Positions 20,947 through 31,284 are shown, counted from the first letter of the stretch. The stretch is 64,000 bases of DNA from Rhodothermales bacterium (GCA_963663495.1 OY760427.1:273130-337129), one strand, 5' to 3'. Translations and numbers: made by a program. The notes: generated by a model not told the origin, from the sequence alone.

Positions 20947-21415
20947 ATATCTTTCTCCGCTTGCAGAGAGGATTGACGCTATCCGCAATAAGATCATTGG
21001 TAACGCGGAGGACAAGGGCCGGGCATACAATACGGATCAGCTTGACGATCAGCACATTATCCGTCGCATGGTGCTCAAGCGGTGCGTCTACGGTGTTGAT
21101 AAGATCCCAATGGCGGTAGAGCTGGCCAAGGTGTCGCTTTGGCTCCACACCTTCACCGTCGGCGCTCCGCTAAGCTTTCTTGATCATCATCTCCGATGCG
21201 GCGACAGCCTGTTCGGCGAGTGGGTGGCTCGCGCTGTGCAGAGGACAAACGAACATAGTAGCCTTTTCCTAAGGGACCCGCTTGACCGGGCGATGCGTGC
21301 TGCCGCACCGATGCAGATCATTGAGGGATTGACGGACGCCGAGATCGCCGAGGCGCACCGGTCTTCTGATATTTTCTCCGAAGTATCGGAAATGACTGCT
21401 CCTCTGCATGCATTT
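20947..21415 (+). pseudogene. Internal fragment of an Eco57I-like (type IIG) restriction-modification methyltransferase
   Basis: IIRRMVLKRCVYGVDKIPMAVELAKVSLWLHTFTVGAPLSFLDHHLRCGDSL. It is cut on both sides by GGGAGTTATAT ends. Confidence 0.85.
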
Positions 21416-21454
21416 GGGAGTTATATGGCTGAGTGTCACGCGTTTTCGCGGGCG

Positions 21455-21619
21455 TTACTTTTTGTGCTTTGGTGGTGCGGACAGGATGGCTTTCGCCAGT
21501 TCTTCCGGTATGGTAGGGATGGATTGTTGGATATTGAGAATGTCGTTTGTTACGGGGCGGCCGGGGCGTTTCGTTTCCTGAATCTTGTTACCAGGCTTCG
21601 GGGATTTATCTATGCTCAT
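21455..21619 (-). CDS. Small basic protein (54 aa) at the IS1595 right end
   Basis: Hand translation: MSIDKSPKPGNKIQETKRPGRPVTNDILNIQQSIPTIPEELAKAILSAPPKHKK*. It is below the ORF-track cut-off. Its last codons are kept in the MITE copies. Confidence 0.5.
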   Translation of the reverse strand: MSIDKSPKPGNKIQETKRPGRPVTNDILNIQQSIPTIPEELAKAILSAPPKHKK

Positions 21620-21859
21620 GGTGTTATAGGCTATAGAGTAGCACTAATCCATTGGGGCAGAATACCGAAATGATTTCATGGCGGACATCTGCTTAGAGTA
21701 GGAGGCTGCATACATTGCGATCCAGTTTTCACGACAGTCGATCAACTTCAGGACCGATTCCTTGGCTTATATCGGGACGCTCTTGACAATGCGGAAGTAC
21801 TGGGCGGACCCCGGTACGGGCCACGAAGCGCACCGGACGAACCCATGAGACGCGGGCCA

Positions 21860-22108
21860 TCAAGCACAGACATGGAAAAGCTGGCGCATAACGGCCCTGA
21901 CCACCGGAATGGGTACGGCGTTGCCAGTAAGCCGTCTGACGGTCGTTATCGGACTGTCAATCTCGTAGCTGTCGGGGAAGCCTTGCAGGCGCAGTATTGC
22001 GCGGCCCGTTAGTCTCCGTTCTTCGTCCACGAGCAAGTAGTGGTAGCCGGCCGATGCCCGGAGTGCGCATGAGTACGGATGGCTTGATACGCTACCGCTT
22101 ACGTTTAG
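21860..22108 (-). pseudogene. DNA (cytosine-5)-methyltransferase C-terminal fragment
   Basis: Hand translation: SSHPYSCALRASAGYHYLLVDEERRLTGRAILRLQGFPDSY..RRLTGNAVPIPVV (motifs IX and X). No start codon. Confidence 0.85.
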
Positions 22109-22404
22109 CTATGAAATAAGGGATTTGTACATGAGCCGTTTACCGACCAGTCCTTGAGCAATTATTGTCATTTGCTCCGCTGTGTCGTAGTCGCGTGCAT
22201 TGTGTCGCCCTGCAAATTCGTTCACGTACCGCTGTAGGTGTTTCTTGCTCATGTGGTGGTACGTTCCGTAGTACCCACGCTTCAGCAAAGACCAGAAGCT
22301 CTCTACGCCATTGGTATGGACCTGCTCACGAACGTATTCGCCAACAGAGTGACGTACGTAGGCGTGGTTGTTGCCGCCCCGGTATGCTGACGTGCCATCC
22401 GTAT
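22109..22404 (-). pseudogene. IS1595-family (ISXO2-like DDE) transposase C-terminal fragment
   Basis: Hand translation: TDGTSAY..VRHSVGEYV..HTNGVESFWSLLKRGYYGTYHHMSKKHLQRYVNEFAGRHN..GKRLMYKSLIS*. Confidence 0.9.
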
Positions 22405-22517
22405 GTAAGCGTGCGGTGAACTACATCTTGATTGGGTGATGGGTTCTGGGGAGCTTACCCCTAGACGTGAGAACCCAGACCCCAGATCGCATGGTACAGC
22501 CCAAACGTACGGCGGAT

Positions 22518-24285
22518 CCTCCCTTATTCTTAAGGGAGTTAAGTGGCGGGGAATCGTCGTTTAATATTATGGCGTAATATGTTGACTATACACGGTTTGA
22601 ATGGGATCCTGTGCGACGCTCAAACGTTCAGAAACCCCAATACCCATTCACCCTGTAAAACACCCGATGCAAGATCCCAAGTCCAACCTTCTGTTCGCTT
22701 GCCAATTCAATAAATCCGTTAAAGTTGTACGCTCCAAGACCGATAATCTAACATCGGATGCCGGCGTCATTCCTATGCGCCTGCTCATGGTGATCAGCAC
22801 CTTGGCATGCCGACTCGCTTCCGTGCTTAAGGACAATCGGTCCCAAGCTCGGATTACGCATAGCCTTGAGGAGTTAGTGCGGCAGTTACTGCTGCAACAT
22901 GTGCAGGGGTGGGGACGTCAGCCAGATGCGGACAAGCTTCGCAGGGACCCTGCCATGCGCGTGGCCACTTCTTCCAAAAGGGGTATGAGGGCATTACAGG
23001 ACGATAGGTCCCTGGCATCCCAGCCAACCATGTCTCGCTTCGTGCACATGTTGGCCGGGAAAAAGAATTTCAAGAAGTTGCGCCTTTTTGCAGAGACATT
23101 CGCCATGGAGCACCTGCTGCAGCGTGGTGGCGGGAAGCGCCGCCCCGAGGTGGTCTTTGATGTGGACGGTGTACCGGTAGATACGCATGGCAAGCAGCAG
23201 GGCAGCAAGTGGAACGGATATTACAAGCGCACCATCTTTCTGCCCCTTATCGCCATATGCGGTGAGTCGGGCGACATGTTGGGGGCGGAATTGCGAGGGG
23301 GCACGCAGAATGTGGTGAAGGACTGCTACGGTTTCATTCGACGCATTGGGCTGGCATTGCGTGAACATGTGGCCGACAAGGTCATTGTCCGATTGGACGC
23401 AGGCTTCAACAGTGCAGAGTTATGTGATAAGCTGGAGAACGACCGTATCGGCTACGTGATGCGTCTGGTCCGTAGAGCGTCGTGTGGTGCTCGTGGTTGA
23501 TCCGGTGCCGGGAGAGCTTTTTCCGCGGCATTTCTATCTGATCACCGATCTGGATGTAGAAGCCTATCCGGCAGAGCAGCTTGTGAATCTGTACCGGAAG
23601 AGAGGAAAGGCGGAAAAGCACTTCGGGAGCTGAATGCGGCTTGCTCCATGGCGCTGTCGTCGGTTCTCCGTCCGAAGACACACTATAAGGGCCGGCCTGT
23701 AGTGCGGGTGCCTGATGAGTCGGAGCAGGATGGGTCGGAACAGGATGCCGAGATCCGAGCCGAGAACGAGGTCCTGCTACAGGTATACCTTCTAACGTAT
23801 CAGCTCATGCATGTGGGGCGCTGCCTTATGCGGGAGCCTGACGAATCCCAGATAAGTCTGAGCACCTATCGCGAGCGTGTACTCAAGGTGGGGGCCCGCT
23901 TCGCACAACACGCGCGCAACATCGTTATCCACATTGCCGCCAGCGCAGATGCTGCATGGGAGCAATTTTGGCGACGTTATTGTCAACTCACATGGATCAC
24001 GCTTCCCATGAAGAGCTAGCCAAGTCAAATTTGTGCCTGCGCTCCAACACCGCAGGCGCCCAACGCGGAAAGCGGAAAGAGAAGGTAGGCAGAGGTGTGT
24101 CTACCCGACAGACGTCTTCCCAAAATCTCGGTAATGTGATCGCTGTCGTGTCGGGAAAAGGGCCTAAACTGGTGTTTTCAGCCCCTCTCATGGACGTCCC
24201 TACGCGTGAACAACGCACAATCGGTCCTGCAGGTACCGAAACAGCACTTCTAGACCCGAACAGGGTACGACATGAATATTGCAGG
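22518..24285 (+). mobile_element. IS1380-family element inserted in IS66 tnpA
   Basis: Imperfect TIRs CCTCCCTTATTCTT / CCTGCAATATTCAT and flanking repeat CGGAT / CGGAA. The empty site CGTACGGCGGAAGAGATG is seen at ~38240. Confidence 0.85.
22667..24019 (+). pseudogene. IS1380-family transposase, frameshifted and internally deleted
   Basis: LTSDAG, LASQPTMSRF, FDVDG..THGKQQG..WNGYY and VRLDAGF. It continues in other frames (HFYLITDL..YRKRGKAE; ENEVLLQ..RERVLKVGARF). Confidence 0.88.
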
Positions 24286-24563
24286 CGGAAGAGATGTTTC
24301 CGCTGGTAGAGCAGTATAACGAAAGGACCCAGTCCGCAGCGGCGTTTTGTGCAAAGCACGGCATCTCGTATGGGCAGTTGAATTATTGGAGGCGGAAGGT
24401 TCGCCAGGAGACTGCAGCCGAGGACAGCCGAGGCTTCGTGGAAATAGGCAGTGTAGCACCAAGGGAAGCGGCACAGGTAGAGATCGCATATCCGGGTGGG
24501 ATACGGGTGCGGTTCTTTGCACCGGTCTCTGCTTCGTACCTGGCCAGGCTGACGCAGTCATGA
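24286..24563 (+). pseudogene. IS66 accessory protein TnpA (orf1), 3' part
   Basis: QSAAAFCAKHGISYGQLNYWRRK..GFVEI..VEIAYPGGIRV. The 5' codons MVQPKRT are at 22491. Confidence 0.82.
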
Positions 24564-24898
24564 TCGGACTGGCACCTTCGCACCGGTACTTCTTTTACCG
24601 ACCGCCGGTGGACATGCGCACAAGCTTTGACGGCTTGTGCGCTTTGGTAAAGAGCGGCATGAAGCGGAATCCGATGTCGGGAGACATCTTTGTATTCATC
24701 AACAGGAGGCGAAACCATTTGAAGGCGCTCACATGGGATCGGAACGGCTTTGCGATCTTCTACAAGCGCTTGGAGACGGGTACGTTTGCGTTGCCAGAGG
24801 AGGATGTGCCGACATGGGCACAGATGGTGATGATGCTGGAGGGGGTGTCGTTGAAGACGGTGAAATATCGGCCCCGATATGCGGTAAAAAGCCGATAA
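24560..24898 (+). CDS. IS66 accessory protein (orf2, the IS66 'TnpB'; not the RNA-guided nuclease)
   Basis: PVDMRTSFDGL, DIFVFINRRRNHLKALTWDRNGFAIFYKRLETGTF. ATGA overlap with tnpA. Confidence 0.92.
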   Translation: MIGLAPSHRYFFYRPPVDMRTSFDGLCALVKSGMKRNPMSGDIFVFINRRRNHLKALTWDRNGFAIFYKRLETGTFALPEEDVPTWAQMVMMLEGVSLKTVKYRPRYAVKSR

Positions 24899-25202
24899 TC
24901 GGGCCAAATGTAATGTGTGATTCGGGAACAAGCAATATGCTGGTGTTGCTGGCTCACCATGCAGCCCGAAGCACATTCTATCCTCTCCCCCGCGCAGGTT
25001 GCGTTGCTTGCACAGCACCCCGAATTGGCCAGTGCCTTTGATCAATACAGCCGGGATAATGCAGAATTGGAGAGAAAGAATAGCCAGCTGCATGATCGAT
25101 GCAGGGCGGCGTGCCATTCCTTGTTGGCTGAAAAAGTGATTATTGGTTTGGTGTTGGCTTGGGTTTCCTAAGCCTTTTCACCATACGGATCCATGATCAC
25201 TT

Positions 25203-26264
25203 ATGAGTTTATCAGATGATTTATCGCAGCTCATTCAGGGGCTGCGTCATGCCGGCGCGTCCGGTCGGCAGCTGCAATTTGACTTGTTGCGGCACCTCAC
25301 CCAGTGTGTACAGCAGTTAACGTCTAGTCTGGAAGAGGATGTTATGCTTCCGTCGGATAATGCGGCTCCAGACGGCACTGGGGAGCAGTTGGCAGAAGCA
25401 CCTTCCGAGGAGGAAAATAGCGTCCGTGCTCCGGAGTCTCTGGAGTCTCCGGGAGGCTTGGCATTGGGGTACGATGATGATGCTGCGGCGTGCGAGCAGG
25501 CGCGGCAGGTGTTTGATACGCGCCCGTTGTGTGAAGAAGAGCACGTAATCCTTTGGCTTGATGCCATGGAAGTGTGGGGGCGACCCATAGTCGTGTGCAT
25601 GGCCGCTACCATTGAGGGTTATCGGCGCATTCTGGGCTTTGTGGAGGTTCCGTTGCACGATGCGGAGCGCGTGCAACACTTGTTACAAGGCTTGTTGGAG
25701 CTCGGTTTGTGCGCAGATCGGGGGCTCTTCTGCATCACTCCTGATGTGACCTCGCTGACCGGCGTACTGCAAGAGTGCTTGGGTACCGGTATGCAGCAGC
25801 AACACTGCCAGATGCACAAGCGCACGCGTGTAGTGAGTTATCTGTCCGAGCAGGACGGGCGGCGCATTCGGGGGGCGATCACGCGTGCTTTCGCCGTGCC
25901 GGATCCGAAGGTGGCGCATGCAGCGTTGATGCAGATCCATACGGACCTTTTGGTGTGTAACCGGTCTGCGGCCCGGTGGCTCTTGCGGGGTCTGGATAGG
26001 ACGCTGACACTGCACCGGACAGGACTGTATGAACAGTTGAGTCCGAGCCTTCGAAGTACTCGTTGTGTGGCCCATGTCTCCAAGAAGCTGGTGCGGCGGC
26101 TACGCGATGTTCGCTTATGGATGCCGCCAGACAAGCGCCGTGCTTGTCTGGCGTTGTTGCTTCTTGAGATCGAGTCACATATGCGAAGATTGCCCCGCGC
26201 TGCGCAAGATCCAGCTATGCGATCAGCATTGTTTCCTTCCATCAATCAGACAAACGATAACTGA
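25203..26264 (+). CDS. Divergent IS256-transposase-like protein, catalytic residues degenerate
   Basis: Colinear with the next ORF: ILWLDAM..GYRRILG, QHCQMHKRTRVVSYL, LTLHRTG..SLRSTRCV. The TNxxE glutamate is missing. Confidence 0.65.
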   Translation: MSLSDDLSQLIQGLRHAGASGRQLQFDLLRHLTQCVQQLTSSLEEDVMLPSDNAAPDGTGEQLAEAPSEEENSVRAPESLESPGGLALGYDDDAAACEQARQVFDTRPLCEEEHVILWLDAMEVWGRPIVVCMAATIEGYRRILGFVEVPLHDAERVQHLLQGLLELGLCADRGLFCITPDVTSLTGVLQECLGTGMQQQHCQMHKRTRVVSYLSEQDGRRIRGAITRAFAVPDPKVAHAALMQIHTDLLVCNRSAARWLLRGLDRTLTLHRTGLYEQLSPSLRSTRCVAHVSKKLVRRLRDVRLWMPPDKRRACLALLLLEIESHMRRLPRAAQDPAMRSALFPSINQTNDN

Positions 26265-26267
26265 CCT

Positions 26268-27452
26268 ATGTCCAAAGATGTCATGCAGATAGAAAACCCC
26301 GGCACACTACCGGAGGGTCTCCAGAAGATACTAGACACGGGGATCGATTCCCTGAAGCTGTTAGTAGAGCATCTTAGCACGATGCAACTGGCGTTTTTTC
26401 TTGCGGTCATGGAAGCCGAGGTAAAGTCTCTCTGCGGTGTGCGCAGAAAGCGCGACAACAATAAGCAGCACAAGGGGCGGTACGAGCGGTGGGGGAGCAA
26501 ACCGGGCTCTATCATGATTGGAGATGAGCGGGTAAAGGTGAGTGTGCCGCGTGTACAGGACCGGGTGAAGGGTAAAGCGCGTCCTCTGGAGACCTACAAA
26601 TTGTTGCACAAGCCGAATCCGAATATGGTGGAGCGTATCGCCCGGAAAATTGTGTATGGTATTAGCCAGCGGAACTACAAGAAGGTGGCAACGGAGTTTG
26701 TTGGCAGTTTTGGATTGAGCGCTTCCTCAATCAGTCGCAAGTACAAGAGTTACAGTGCACAGGTATTGAAGGAGCAGGAGGAGCGTAATCTGGCGGAGAA
26801 CACGTTTGTAGCGTTGCTGCTGGACGGCAAGTACTTTCAGGGGGTGCAGGTATTGATTTGTGTAGGGATTACGGAGACGGGCGAGAAGATAGTAGTAGGG
26901 ATGGTGGAGACGGCGACAGAGAACGCCGAGGCGGTACAAGGGCTGCTGCAGGATTTGATTGATCGCGGGCTGCGGTATGATAAGGGGCTTTTGGTCATCT
27001 TAGATGGTTCCAAAGGGCTTCAGAAGGCGGTGAAAGCGGTATTTGGTGATAAGGCACAGGTACAGCGGTGTACCTGGCACAAGCGAGAGAATGTGGTGAG
27101 TTACATTGAGAAAGAGGACGAAAAGGTGCGGGTTCGGGGGGAGTTGCAGCAGGCGTACGACGAGCCGAATTACGACAAGGCAAAGGATGCGCTTCTGAGC
27201 ATAAAAAAGGGGTTGAAGGAGTCCCATCCCAAGGCAGCGAACAGCTTGTCTGAGGGGTTGGAAGAGACTTTGACGCTCCATAGACTGGGGGTGGCGGAGG
27301 AACTGGGACGCAGTTTGCAGACCAATAACATCATGGAGAACCTGAACAGTTTGATTGCTCAACGATGCCGGAATGTCGCGCGTTGGATGAATTCGAGTCA
27401 ACGTCAACGATGGGCAGCCATGGTGTGCATGCGTGCAAAAGGGCTCATATAG
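26268..27452 (+). CDS. IS256-family transposase (C-terminus possibly clipped)
   Basis: VSVPRVQD, GISQRNY, LSASSISR, LLLDG, VILDGSKGL, QRCTWHKRENV and QTNNIMENLN. The last codons come from a ~90-bp repeat. Confidence 0.9.
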   Translation: MSKDVMQIENPGTLPEGLQKILDTGIDSLKLLVEHLSTMQLAFFLAVMEAEVKSLCGVRRKRDNNKQHKGRYERWGSKPGSIMIGDERVKVSVPRVQDRVKGKARPLETYKLLHKPNPNMVERIARKIVYGISQRNYKKVATEFVGSFGLSASSISRKYKSYSAQVLKEQEERNLAENTFVALLLDGKYFQGVQVLICVGITETGEKIVVGMVETATENAEAVQGLLQDLIDRGLRYDKGLLVILDGSKGLQKAVKAVFGDKAQVQRCTWHKRENVVSYIEKEDEKVRVRGELQQAYDEPNYDKAKDALLSIKKGLKESHPKAANSLSEGLEETLTLHRLGVAEELGRSLQTNNIMENLNSLIAQRCRNVARWMNSSQRQRWAAMVCMRAKGLI

Positions 27453-28183
27453 GCTGTTCAGTAAGGAAAAACGTGCCTGAATCTGCCTGCAACACGCCAA
27501 CGAGGCCGTAAATCATGCGTGCAGGTCAATTAGTGAGGTGGAGTCGTTAAGCAGGACAATATTATCCTGGACAAACCACCGAAGCTGTAAGCAGCTCTAC
27601 TGTAGAAACGCGTACAGCTCCGCAGCGATAGTATATGCTGAAAGATGGATACGGTCGTGCAATGCCACGGTGCGTGCGATAATGGGTGCTGGATCGTGCT
27701 ATGTGACAGGTTCGGCCGCCAATTAGGGGGTAATAGCGCTATAGAGGCGCGGTGTAAGGCCTCTGTAGACGATGTAACGCGTCACTCGCCATGAGCGGAG
27801 GACACGCATGCCCCAGCCAAAGCCGTATCGGAGCGCCCAAAAGGGCTGTTCTCAGACGTTCACCGGACTGAATAGCACCCAAAACCGCCGAAAACGCGCC
27901 AACGAGGCCGTAAATCACGCGTACCGTGATCAGTCCTGCCAATAAGACTGCCTACTGCCGGAACAGGAGTTCGATCGTGGTACGATGCGTGCGGTATTGG
28001 ATGATAGGATTGGCGCGTTTAGGTCGTTACCCCCGCGTGGAAGGTTAGCATACCTGCAGATGGTGTGCTTGAATCCGCTACCGCGGTGTCAGCGCGTGCA
28101 AAAAGGGCTCATATAGGCTGTTCAGTAAGGAGAAACGCGCCTGAATCTGCCTGCAACACGGCAACGACACCGTAAATCACGCG
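27431..28183 (+). repeat. Dispersed ~90-bp direct repeat (27431-27520, 28094-28183; partial copy ~27893-27921)
   Basis: GCGTGCAAAAGGGCTCATATAGGCTGTTCAGTAAGGA..CCTGAATCTGCCTGCAACACG..CGTAAATCA occurs twice, 663 bp apart. Confidence 0.85.
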
Positions 28184-28511
28184 GCAGATACTTGCGGGCT
28201 TGATAACCGCTGCGAAAGTTCATAATTCTTTGATCAGAACTACAATCAGGGGTGTCAGGATGAGCGCAGAATCTGTACATTATAGCCGTTCCAGCCGGCA
28301 CCGACCGGATTTTCAGCCAACAAGGAATGGCACGCCGCCATCTGCCCCTTGCACAACGCTCCGGTATCTGTACCTGCCACTTCTACCGCCTATCCGGCGT
28401 GGGCCGCAAACAGCGTGGCACCCGAAGTGTGCTCCAAGTTGAGAAGCCACAAACGGTGCCATGGCCGCGGAACCTCGAACCCGACGATCTGCCCGTTGCC
28501 CAAGCGGATCG

Positions 28512-29801
28512 CTACAGGTGTTTGAACACGCGAGAGAACCCCTCAATGCTGCGCGAAACGGCGGCAGACGAATGTGCGAGCGACATAAAGCATGCCTCGA
28601 ATTGTGATGGCGGTATCAGCACGCCCTGTCCCAAGAGTCCCTGAAATACGTGCGCGAAGCGCCCGGTATCACATCGTGCTACCGCTTCCCAGTCGGTCAC
28701 CTCCTCTTCCTCTGTAAAAAAGACCGAAAACATCGTACCAATCTGTACTACTTTCGCGGGAATCCCATGGAGCAACGCCTCTTCACGAATACCATCCGCC
28801 AGCGACTTCGTCCTAGCCTCAATCCCATCCCACTTGCCGGGTTGGGACAGCACCGATAGCGTGGCAAGACCTGCCGCCATCGTCACCGGGTTACCGGACT
28901 GCGTACCTGCCTGGTAGATTGGTCCCGATGGTGCAATCATCTGCATAATATCACGCCGCCCGCCGTACGCTCCCACGGGCAAACCGCCCCCAATCACTTT
29001 TCCCAGTGTCACGAGATCCGCATGCACTCCGTACAGCGCTTGCGCTCCAGAATTGTGCACACGATAGCCTGTCATCACTTCGTCAAAGATGAGAAGGGCG
29101 CCGGCCTCCCTCGTGACCCTTCGCAGCCCTTGCAGGAAACCTTTTACAGGGCATACCACCCCCATATTGCCCGCTACAGGCTCAACGATTATGGCAGCCA
29201 CGGATTCGCCATACACGGCCATAATCTCCTCCACTGCCTCCAGATCATTGTAACGTACCACCAACGTGTCCGCCACTGCGGCAGCGGGAATGCCCGGCGA
29301 ATCGGGTAATCCGAGTGTCATTACACCCGACCCTGCACGAGCAAGCAGCGCGTCGGCATGCCCATGGTAATTGCCCCCAAACTTGATGATCTTATCACGA
29401 CCCGTGAAGCCCCTGGCGAGACGAATTGCACTCATGGTTGCCTCGGTACCTGAGTTTACAAAGCGGATCATTTCCATGCTGGGGACACCCGATACTATTA
29501 GCTGGGCAAGCTCAATCTCATACCGGCATGTGGCTCCGAAGCCAATGCCATTTCCGGTTGCAATAGCAATCGCATCCATTGCATTTCGGTCACGATGACC
29601 GAGGATGAGCGGACCATAAGACAGGATGTGGTCTACATACCGATTGCCGTCCACATCTATGAGGAACGGGCCGCTACCGGATTCCATAATAATGGGGCGC
29701 CTACCTACAGCAGAAAAGGCGCGCACGGGCGAATTTACGCCCCCCGGCAGCAGCCGCTCCGCTTTCTTGTGGAGATCAATAGAGCGATTCAATTTGAGCA
29801 T
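28512..29801 (-). CDS. hemL: Glutamate-1-semialdehyde 2,1-aminomutase
   Basis: PGGVNSPVRAF, RFVNSGTEATMSAIRLARG, FDEVMTG, TLGKVIGGGLPVGAYGG and YQAGT. Confidence 0.97.
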   Translation of the reverse strand: MLKLNRSIDLHKKAERLLPGGVNSPVRAFSAVGRRPIIMESGSGPFLIDVDGNRYVDHILSYGPLILGHRDRNAMDAIAIATGNGIGFGATCRYEIELAQLIVSGVPSMEMIRFVNSGTEATMSAIRLARGFTGRDKIIKFGGNYHGHADALLARAGSGVMTLGLPDSPGIPAAAVADTLVVRYNDLEAVEEIMAVYGESVAAIIVEPVAGNMGVVCPVKGFLQGLRRVTREAGALLIFDEVMTGYRVHNSGAQALYGVHADLVTLGKVIGGGLPVGAYGGRRDIMQMIAPSGPIYQAGTQSGNPVTMAAGLATLSVLSQPGKWDGIEARTKSLADGIREEALLHGIPAKVVQIGTMFSVFFTEEEEVTDWEAVARCDTGRFAHVFQGLLGQGVLIPPSQFEACFMSLAHSSAAVSRSIEGFSRVFKHL

Positions 29802-29919
29802 AGAATATGGAGATCAATAGATTGAAGCAACGTGTGCTGCGCACCGACTGATAGAAGACCATACTGGCCAGGGCGTTCCTGATTCTGTGGCAGACACCAT
29901 CCTATGAGCGGGCGCGGCA

Positions 29920-31284
29920 TTACCTTGGAAGGCTGCTACGCAACCAGGCGTCTGCTGAACGATATCCAGCCATGATCCGATCTGGAAGACCTGCACCTCC
30001 AAGAAAAGCGCCGCAAATCTCCAATCCCGGAGCGTGTTTTAGTCGCTCTTCAAGTCGGGCTACAACTTCAAGGTGGCCCAGCCTGCAGCGCGGTAGCGCC
30101 CGATGCCAGATCCTGCAACGTTGCAGAACAGGGTCCGCCGAGATGCCGAGCGTTTCCCGAAGCTCTGTCTTAGCCAACCCTTGCAGCCTGTCTGCTGCCG
30201 CTTCTCCTTCTAATCCTGACCGTAAAAACAGCCGAAACAAAACAAAGCCGTCGGGTGCACGGCCTGCAAGCTTTGCGGAGGACCATGTACAGGCAACCAC
30301 GGGCCTGCTCTCCTTTGAAGGTACGATGTAGCCATAGCTGTCTAACAGCATTGGAACATCACATGTACGGAACGCAAGATGTACTACGCCCACAGATCCG
30401 TAATGAATCTGATTCAACTCCGTTGAAAGCACCTGGTCCAAGCCCTTTAGGATCGCCCCCGCCGCATAGGCCGGCAGTGTAACCACCACCATCCGGGCCT
30501 CCACGGCGTCACGACCGCGTATGTCAACCTTATATCTGTACTTCCCGAAGCGGGTTACGGTGGCAGCTTCAGCACCAAGCCGGACATCTCCAAGCTTTGC
30601 TGCCAAAGCCCGTGGCAGCGACTGCATCCCCCCCTGTATACCGTGCAAAGCCGGTCCCTTGGATGGCTGTCTGGCCATCATACGAAGCAGCCCCCCGTAC
30701 CTGATTTCGGCGGCTCTCAGGTGGCCAAACCCTGCCAACAGGCTCAGATCCTCCGGGGCGCCGCCCGTAATTCCACTAATCAAGGGCTCCACCAACACCT
30801 CAAATGCCTCGTTCCCAAGGCGTCGACGATAGAATGACGATATTGATTCGTCCGCTCCCCCGCGCCGCGCGGGGATCACAAAGTCCATTAGCAGCCGCAC
30901 CTTGCCGCGAACCGTAAGAAGGCGTGTTCGAAGCAGGGGAACAAGACTGGTAGGCACGAGCCCACTGAAGCCGCCGGGAAGTGCGCGCAGCGCGCCACCA
31001 TCAAGAATGTAGGCACGCCGTGGCTGCGGCAACGTATCCTGTACCACTAGGCCCAACTCTCGGCATAACGCAGCGGCGGCTGGCTTACGTGCGATGAAGA
31101 CATCAGGGCCCTCCTCCATCACAAACCCATCCACATTCACTGTCCGAATGCATCCGCCGACACGTTCATTCTTCTCCAGCAGCGTCACGGTTGCACCCAC
31201 CTGCTGCAAACGGTAAGCGGCGACCAATCCCGTAATACCTCCGCCGATTACAACCGCCGATGACTCCACCATCAGGCAAGCCAC
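29920..31284 (-). CDS. hemY: Coproporphyrinogen/protoporphyrinogen oxidase (HemY/CgoX)
   Basis: VIGGGITGL FAD motif, RVGG..EEGPDVF, DESISSFYRRRLG and CTWSSAK. Confidence 0.92.
   Translation of the reverse strand: MACLMVESSAVVIGGGITGLVAAYRLQQVGATVTLLEKNERVGGCIRTVNVDGFVMEEGPDVFIARKPAAAALCRELGLVVQDTLPQPRRAYILDGGALRALPGGFSGLVPTSLVPLLRTRLLTVRGKVRLLMDFVIPARRGGADESISSFYRRRLGNEAFEVLVEPLISGITGGAPEDLSLLAGFGHLRAAEIRYGGLLRMMARQPSKGPALHGIQGGMQSLPRALAAKLGDVRLGAEAATVTRFGKYRYKVDIRGRDAVEARMVVVTLPAYAAGAILKGLDQVLSTELNQIHYGSVGVVHLAFRTCDVPMLLDSYGYIVPSKESRPVVACTWSSAKLAGRAPDGFVLFRLFLRSGLEGEAAADRLQGLAKTELRETLGISADPVLQRCRIWHRALPRCRLGHLEVVARLEERLKHAPGLEICGAFLGGAGLPDRIMAGYRSADAWLRSSLPR

Larger units (their letters stand above)
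21416..22404 (-). mobile_element. IS1595-family element remnant (right portion, with cargo)
   Basis: In order on the minus strand: transposase 3' end, C5-MTase fragment, small ORF, then terminal CCATATAACTCCC at 21416. The left part is replaced by IS66 at 22405. Confidence 0.75.
22405..25103 (+). mobile_element. IS66-family element, left part (interrupted by IS1380, truncated by IS256)
   Basis: Left end GTAAGCGTGCGGTGAAC. tnpA is split (22491-22517 plus 24286-24563), followed by the accessory orf2 and the 5' stub of tnpC from 24959. Confidence 0.85.

Noticed and set aside
21068-21673. 201-aa ORF as an intact gene
   Set aside because: It is chimeric: an MTase fragment reading through into the IS1595 end at 21416.
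24560-24898. IS66 'TnpB' as a second RNA-guided nuclease
   Set aside because: Only the name is shared. It is the short IS66 orf2 accessory protein without RuvC.
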